Assembly (NCBI GenBank): GCA_963798085.1
Contig: CAWCRS010000001.1
Coordinates: forward strand, 224,001 to 288,000
DNA: 64,000 nucleotides
Direction: 5' to 3'
From: an uncultured Gemmatimonadales bacterium
Lineage (GTDB): Bacteria; Gemmatimonadota; Gemmatimonadetes; Longimicrobiales; RSA9
The notes beneath the pieces are model-generated. The model worked only from the letters and a program-made list of their open reading frames with translations. It was not told where the DNA came from and did not search any database. Positions 57,908-64,000 of the stretch are shown one piece after another. How positions within the stretch are numbered: position 1 is the first letter of the stretch; each line of letters opens with the position of its first letter. The position numbers and the translations under genes are program-made.

Positions 57908-58261
57908 ATGGCCTTCGTGCCGAGTGTGCCGCCATCGGGGCAGCAGGATCTGAGCAATGCGTCGCCTCGCGTGCGCGATCTGACGCTAAAGCTGACCCAG
58001 ACCATCGAGGAGTTCCGGCGCTACTATCCGGACACGACGGATGCCAATGTGCAGAAGTCACTGCGCATCACGTCGGCGGGCCGGGGCGGCGCCAGCGGCG
58101 CAGTCGCGGTCGCGGCGGCGGCGTGCGCGGCAGGCGCCGGGGTCGTTGTCGCGATTACGCAGCAGGGTCACGCGGGCCTGAATCCCGCCATGCTCGCCGG
58201 CATTGTCGCGGCTCTGGCGGCAGTGGTCGGCGTCGCGATCCGCATCTCCCGCCGCTCCTGA
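57908..58261 (+). CDS. Small membrane hypothetical protein
   Basis: 117 aa. Helical N-terminal half plus two C-terminal hydrophobic segments. Confidence 0.6.
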   Translation: MAFVPSVPPSGQQDLSNASPRVRDLTLKLTQTIEEFRRYYPDTTDANVQKSLRITSAGRGGASGAVAVAAAACAAGAGVVVAITQQGHAGLNPAMLAGIVAALAAVVGVAIRISRRS

Positions 58262-58301
58262 GGCAACGCGCGACCCGGCCGCACGGGACGGAGCCGGCAG
58301 G

Positions 58302-61300
58302 CTATTCGACCAGCTGGAGAAAGTGCAGCCCGCCGTCCGCTGACCCTGCCACGAACAACCTGTTAGAAGGGCCGATCACGGCCTCCACGGCCGCGTCGGC
58401 CTGGTACGTCGCGATCACCTGACCCCGTGCCAGATCCCACAGCCTGACGCACCGGTCGGTGCCGGCCGTCAGCACGCGCAGGCCGTCCGGCGTCACGGCA
58501 ATGCCATTGATGACGCCCGTGTGACCCGCGAACGTGGCCAGCTCGGTGCCCTTCGTCAGGTCCCACACCTTGAGCGCGCCCGTAAACGTGCCGCACAGCA
58601 GGCGGTCGCCGTCCGGTGTTACGGCGAGGCAGCGCACCGTGCCTTCCTCCAGGCGCAGAGGCTGCAGCTCCGTGCCGTTCGACAGCTTCCATATCCTGAT
58701 CGCGCCGCCATTCGTGGCAGCAATCACGCGCGTTCCGTCGGGCGTGACCGCTATGGAAGTAACCCAGTCGGCGTCAGTCTCCAGCCGGTACAGTGGTTCG
58801 CCTGTCGACAGCTCCCACACTTCGACGGTTCCCCGACTCGAGCCGTTGAGCACGCGACTGCCGTCCGGCGTGACGGCGAGCGCGGTGACGGACTCTGCGT
58901 GACTGACCAGGGTCGCCAGCTCGCGCTCGCCCTTCAGGTCCCAGAATGCTGAGTGTACCATCATCCGGACCCGCACCACTGATGATGCGCGCCCCATCCG
59001 GTGTCACCGCCAGCGCATTGACGGGCCCGTCGTGACCGGTGAGCACCGCGAGTGCCTCGCCGGTGCCGGAATTCCACAGCCTCACCGTGCAATCGGCCCC
59101 ACCGCTGACAATGCGTGCGCCATCGGGCGTGCAGGCCAGCGCGTTGACGCTGCCTGTGTGACCTGCACTCGGTTTCGCGCCGGCTGCGCCGGACAGCTCC
59201 CAGACCTTCACCGTGGAGTCGAATGAGCTGCTCAGAACACGCGTGTCATCAGGGGTAACGGCTACGGACAGCACACCGCCGGTGTGGCCCTGCAGAACGG
59301 CCAGCTCTCTTCCATGCAACAGATCCCACACCCGAACCGTGCCATCGCCGGAACCACTGATGACGCGGCTGCCGTCGTGCGTTACCGTGACGGAGCTCAC
59401 GTAGCCCGTGTGCGCTTCCAGGAGCATCAGTTGCACCGCACTGGACAGGGCCCAGACTCGCAGCGTGCGGTCATCCCCGCCACTCACGACGCGCGTTCCG
59501 TCCGGTGTCACGGCGACGCAGCACACGGCGCCGTCGTGGCCCCGCAGCGTAGCCCTCTCGCTGCGGCTCGCCAGATCCCAGACCTTGAGCAGGCCATCGT
59601 ATGATGCGGTGATGGCGCAGGCGTCATCGGGTGCGACCGCGATGCCATGCACTTCCCGTTCGTGTCCGGCCAGCCCGCCCAGTGACTCGCCGCCGGGCAG
59701 CGTCCACATTCTCACGGTGCCATCAGCGCCGCCCGTAATGGCGAGTTTGCCATTCGCCGTAATGCAGACCGCGGTCACACTGTTCGTGTGACCTTCGAGT
59801 ATGGCGATCTCGCGACCCGCGGGCAGCTCCCAGACGCGGACCAGCCCGTCCCCGCCACCACTGAGCGCGAGCCGGCCGTCCGGCGTGACCGCCAGCACGT
59901 TCACCTCCAGGGTGTGGCCCGTCAGGGTGGCCAGTTCCCGGCCGCTGAGCAGGTCCCAGACTTTCACGGAGTGGTCGAAGGATGCGCTGAGCACGCGTGC
60001 TCCGTCCGGTGTCACGGCTACGGCGTTCACCCACGCGCGGTGGCCGGCGAACGTCTGCAACAGCGGTCCACCGGGCGGCGTCAAACATGTGGTTAGAGGA
60101 CGCAGCCAGGGGCCGCGACCCTGCATGCCCTGCCAGTTCCGCAGCGTGTGTGCAAGCTCCAGCTCGGCCGTGGCCGGAATGCGGCCCAGCAGCTGGGGCA
60201 GCAGCGCCGCAGGATCGCGCTCCAGCGCTGCGGCGGACAGCCGCAGCGCCTGCCCCAGCCGTCGCACGGTCACGTCGGGCGCGAACCCATCATAGTCGCG
60301 CAGCAGCTGCGCTGTATCGGTGCGCCGCAGCTTGGCATCCACCCAGTCGAGATCGAGCAGCAGCCCGCGCAGCTCGGCGTCGAGCCTGGCACCCCACAGG
60401 TGCATGGGCAGCTGCTGGAAGAAGTAGCCATCGTTGGGGCCGTGCGCCCAGCCGTCCGGACAATGTGCGCGATAGGCCTCGACGAGGATGCGGTCGCTGG
60501 CGGTGCTGTCGTAATCGGGAGGCCGCCGCAGCCAGGCACGGATCACATCATGCAAGCGGATACGACGTGTCCCCAGATCGAACTCCAGCAGCAGCGACAG
60601 CCGGTGCAGTCGCTGCAGGATGTCCTCCGTGTCGATTTCGTCCAGGCCAGCCGTGTGGCGCCACAGGACCTGGACGGCGGCAATGGGCGCATCGACATCC
60701 TCGGGAAAGACGGCCAGCTCCTGGAAGCGGTCGCGTTCAGCAGGACTCAGCAGCTCGAGGCTCACGCCCAGCGTCCGCGACACGGCATCCGAGCGCTGCC
60801 CGGCATCGCGCGCGTCGAAACCTGTAAGGCCGCGTTTGTCGAGAACGCGCCCCGCATACTGGACGGCACCGGCCAGCGAGTCGTGCGCGTCCTGCACGCG
60901 CGCCAGCAGCACGCGGTTCACCATCTTGAGCAGCAGCGGCCATTCGCCCAGCCGCTGCGTGAGCGCGCGCAGCGACGCGTCCTCACCGGGCGGCAGCCCG
61001 GCACGCAGCATCGCGACCGCCTCCGTGTCCTGCATGGCATGCACGAGCACTTCGTGAACATCGCGCGGCAGTGCGTCCGCGTTGCGTGTGGTGATCAGCC
61101 GCGCGCAGCGCTCGCCGCCGAGCAGAAACGGCTGCAGGTGCGATGCATTCCAGACGTCGTCGATGACCAGCAGCACCGCCCGGTCGGCCAGCAGCTCCGC
61201 CATGCGGCTTTTGCGCGACTCCAGCAATGCCAGCAGGGATGGCTGCCCCGTGAGCGCCACGATCAGATCTTCCACCCGGCTCGCAAGATCGCCGGGCGCT

Positions 61301-61941
61301 TCGCCCAGCGTCACCCAGAGGATGCCGTCATGAAACGCGTCCTGCACGTCGTCGTCGTGACAGAGCGCGCGCGCCAGTGTGGTCTTGCCGTAACCGCCGG
61401 CGCCGCGCAGTGCGGCCGTGACCGCGACGGGGTCGCCGGACTGCGACAGCAGGCCGCTCTTCAGTTCTGCGAGTTCGCGTACGCGCGGCACATAGTCGAA
61501 GGGCAGCCTGTCCGCCATCACGGGAACGCGCATTTGCGCGCACGAGCCCGCAAGATCCGCAACCAGCTCTTCCCACTGTTCCGGGATGGTAGTGTCGATC
61601 ATGTGGGCCTGACGCATCCATGCGGCCAGGCCGGATGTGTCGGGCAGCTCGCCGCGGAACACCGGCCTGACGCATCGCCCCTGCTGCCGGGCGTAGCGCC
61701 ACTCTCGACGGACCCATTCCGAGCCCAGCGCCGCCTCGGTGAGCAAGAGGATGACGTACTGCACGTGGTCAATGACGTCCGTTACCTGACGCCACCAGTC
61801 ATCGCCGCCGTGCAGGTCCGCGATGTCGTGCCAGAGCGAGAAGCGTGATTCGAGGCGGGCGCGCAGCTCACGCGCGTACTCCAGTCCGTCCGCACGGGCG
61901 TACGAGATGAAAATGCGTGGGGCATCGGACATGGCTGCCAT
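58302..61941 (-). CDS. TIR-NB-ARC-WD40 protein (APAF-1-like NLR; frameshifted at ~58945)
   Basis: IFISYAR.D, SEWVRREW (TIR). GAGGYGKTT, LLVIDDVW, LITTR, LHD (NB-ARC). 14 WD40 repeats counted after removing one base at GAATG 58944-58948. Confidence 0.9.
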
Positions 61942-61969
61942 CCGTCGAGGCGACGGGCTCCGCCTCAGC

Positions 61970-63334
61970 TCATTTGACGCGCTTGCCGCCCTTGATCACA
62001 ATGTCGATGCTGCTCATGACGCGCATGTCGGTGAGCGGATCGCCACGCACCGCGACAATGTCAGCGAGCCGGCCGGGCGCGAGGGTGCCGAGGTCCTGAT
62101 CGACCTTGAGGAAGCGCGCGGGCCAGAGCGTCGCCGACTGGATCACCTGCATGGCCGGCACGCCCAGTTCCACCCACTTCACCATTTCCCGCCAGGTTGC
62201 ATCATTGTGGAAGTTCGCGGGGATACCGGCATCGGTGCCAATGAGCATGGTCACGCCCGTCTCGCGCAGCTGCTGGAACTTGTGCGGCAGCGTGGGAATG
62301 CGCGACGGGAACTGCGCATAGTAGGGCAGCGCGGGAATGTGATCGAGCGAGCGGCGGATCTCATCCGCCATCTCCTGCGGCATGTACTGCCGCCATTTCG
62401 CGTCATCGAGCCGTTCCGGAAACACCTCGCCTGTGTACTGCATCACGTAGAGCGGCTCAATGGTGGGCGTCCAGAATAACGCGGCGTTGCGCTCGCGCAG
62501 GGCCTGCAGGATGTCCTCCGGATAACCCGGTGCCGTGCTCAGGCCGGTGTGCTCGAAGCAGTCGACGCCCCATTTCAGGCCCATGCGGATCTCGCCCACG
62601 CGGTGCGCGTGTGCGACCACCGGCTTGCCGCCGCGGTGCGCGGTCTCGACAATGGCGCGCACCTCGTCATCCGTCAGCTGGTCCTGATCGATCATCTTGA
62701 TGACGTCGACGCCCGCATCGATCAGACGCTGCACTTTCTGCCGTGCATCATCGGGCCCGTTCACGCCCCAGCGCAGGTCTTTCTCGTAGTCCTCGTAGGG
62801 TGCGCGCTGGATGAAGGGCCCGGACACGAACAGGCGGGGGCCGGGAATGTCGCCCGCGTTAATGCGGCGTTTGACTTCCAGGATCTCGTTGAGCGGTGCG
62901 CCCAGGTCGCGCGCGGATGTGATGCCCGCGGACAGCAGCTGGTGCGCGGCAATGGGCATGACATCGGTGGCGAGGCGCTTGCCGTACAGATCGTTCCAGC
63001 GCCGGTAGTCGGCGTGTCCCAGAATCTGCAGGTGCACGTGCATGTCGAAGAGGCCGGGCAGCACGGTCATGCCCTCGGTCGAGATTACCTGCACGTTCTG
63101 CGGCACCGTGAGGCTGGCGGCGGGGCCCATGGCGATGATGCGGTCGCCGGCCACGAGGATGGCGCCGTTCTCGATGGGCGGCCCGCCGTAGCCGTCGAGG
63201 ATGCGCCCGCCCACCAGCGCCAGTGTGGGCCGGTCCGGCGCCGTCCGGCCGCGCTGCGCGCGCAGTGAACACGGTGTCAGCGCGAGCACTGCCAGCAGCA
63301 GGGGCGCCGTTCGTCGTGTCCGAGTCGTGTGCAT
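61970..63334 (-). CDS. Exported metal-dependent amidohydrolase
   Basis: Signal peptide. PGLFDMHVH, GVD.IK, VAHAH, FEH, GTDAG, GTL.PGRLADIV. Confidence 0.9.
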   Translation of the reverse strand: MHTTRTRRTAPLLLAVLALTPCSLRAQRGRTAPDRPTLALVGGRILDGYGGPPIENGAILVAGDRIIAMGPAASLTVPQNVQVISTEGMTVLPGLFDMHVHLQILGHADYRRWNDLYGKRLATDVMPIAAHQLLSAGITSARDLGAPLNEILEVKRRINAGDIPGPRLFVSGPFIQRAPYEDYEKDLRWGVNGPDDARQKVQRLIDAGVDVIKMIDQDQLTDDEVRAIVETAHRGGKPVVAHAHRVGEIRMGLKWGVDCFEHTGLSTAPGYPEDILQALRERNAALFWTPTIEPLYVMQYTGEVFPERLDDAKWRQYMPQEMADEIRRSLDHIPALPYYAQFPSRIPTLPHKFQQLRETGVTMLIGTDAGIPANFHNDATWREMVKWVELGVPAMQVIQSATLWPARFLKVDQDLGTLAPGRLADIVAVRGDPLTDMRVMSSIDIVIKGGKRVK

Positions 63335-63466
63335 GGGCGTGCTCCCGGCCGTCGAGCCTCAGAATCGGTTGGCGAACCCGCCGGGTCTTGGCGACACGGC
63401 GGCCGTCAAACTAGCTTGGAACCGACACGGCTGTCCAAGCATTCCCTCTGTCAGCGACCAGTACTC

Positions 63467-63799
63467 ATGTGCAGGAACATTCGCCAGCTGCGCCTGCCGG
63501 ACCGCGCGCCCAGTGACGAGGAGCTGCAGAACGCGGCGCTCCAGTACGTGCGCAAACTGACGGGCTATCGTATGCCGTCCCGAGCCAACGAAGAAGCCTT
63601 CCACCGCTCGATTGCCGACATCGCCGGCGTCACCCGTCGTCTCTTCAATGAACTCGTCACCCATGATCATGCGCATCGTGTCGGTGAACACGGGCCAGCC
63701 ACAGCCGATCCTGTGGCGGGACCGCACCATCACCACCGCGATCTTCAAGCACCCGGTCGCCGGCCCCGTCCGCGTGCGGCGGCTCAATCTCGAGGGTGA
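63467..63799 (+). CDS. DUF2277-family small protein
   Basis: MCRNIRQL....DEEL..AALQYVRK.TG...PSRANEEAF. The 3' end overlaps the MOSC gene and may really stop at ~63666. Confidence 0.75.
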   Translation: MCRNIRQLRLPDRAPSDEELQNAALQYVRKLTGYRMPSRANEEAFHRSIADIAGVTRRLFNELVTHDHAHRVGEHGPATADPVAGPHHHHRDLQAPGRRPRPRAAAQSRG

Positions 63800-64000
63800 C
63801 GGACAGGCCGACCTGGAAGTGCACGGCGGCGAGAACAAGGCGATCTATGCGTACGCCGCCGGTCACTACGCGTGGTGGCGCCGGGAATTGCCCGACGCCG
63901 AGCTGGCCTGGGGCAGTTTCGGTGAGAACCTGACGCTCGACGACTTCAACGAGCACGACATCCATATCGGCGACGTGTTTCTTGCCGGCACTGCCCGCCT
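63663..64000 (+). CDS. MOSC-domain protein (YiiM-like), 3'-truncated by window edge
   Basis: Translated by hand: MIMRIVSVNTGQP...TAIFKHPV...LEGDGQADLEVHGGENKAIYAY...HY..W...FGENLT...IHIGDVF. Confidence 0.85.
   Translation, partial: MIMRIVSVNTGQPQPILWRDRTITTAIFKHPVAGPVRVRRLNLEGDGQADLEVHGGENKAIYAYAAGHYAWWRRELPDAELAWGSFGENLTLDDFNEHDIHIGDVFLAGTAR

Overview
High-GC (visually about two-thirds G+C) bacterial chromosomal window. Gene content (many lipoproteins, S9 peptidases, BTAD/TPR and STAND regulators, MaeB, Ggt) suggests Gemmatimonadota; this is inference only. About 42 CDS can be supported, and no rRNA, tRNA, CRISPR array, integrase or transposase was seen. Eight genes are each interrupted by a single +1 base, seven at or beside a plus-strand GATG, which points to a systematic sequencing artefact rather than pseudogenes. 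Five loci stand out. (1) 25.9-31.0 kb: a candidate peptide-signalling module. An unannotated 52-aa lipoprotein ending in a C-x8-C loop is convergent with a BTAD-TM-TolB-like-TPR one-component receptor, flanked by a sensor-less LuxR-type regulator and a pseudo-receiver HD-GYP protein. (2) 38.7-45.7 kb: an amino-DNA methyltransferase, PLD-like and SNF2 helicase operon in which neither expected nuclease active site is recognisable. (3) 47.8-51.4 kb: an effector-less STAND ATPase-TPR protein coupled to a P-loop-dead paralog. (4) 51.5-57.0 kb: an outer-membrane beta-barrel, a chaperone-like protein and Calx-beta/Ig subunits, resembling an atypical chaperone-usher pathway. (5) 58.3-61.9 kb: a TIR-NB-ARC-WD40 (APAF-1-like) NLR. 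A small dispersed intergenic repeat family is also present.
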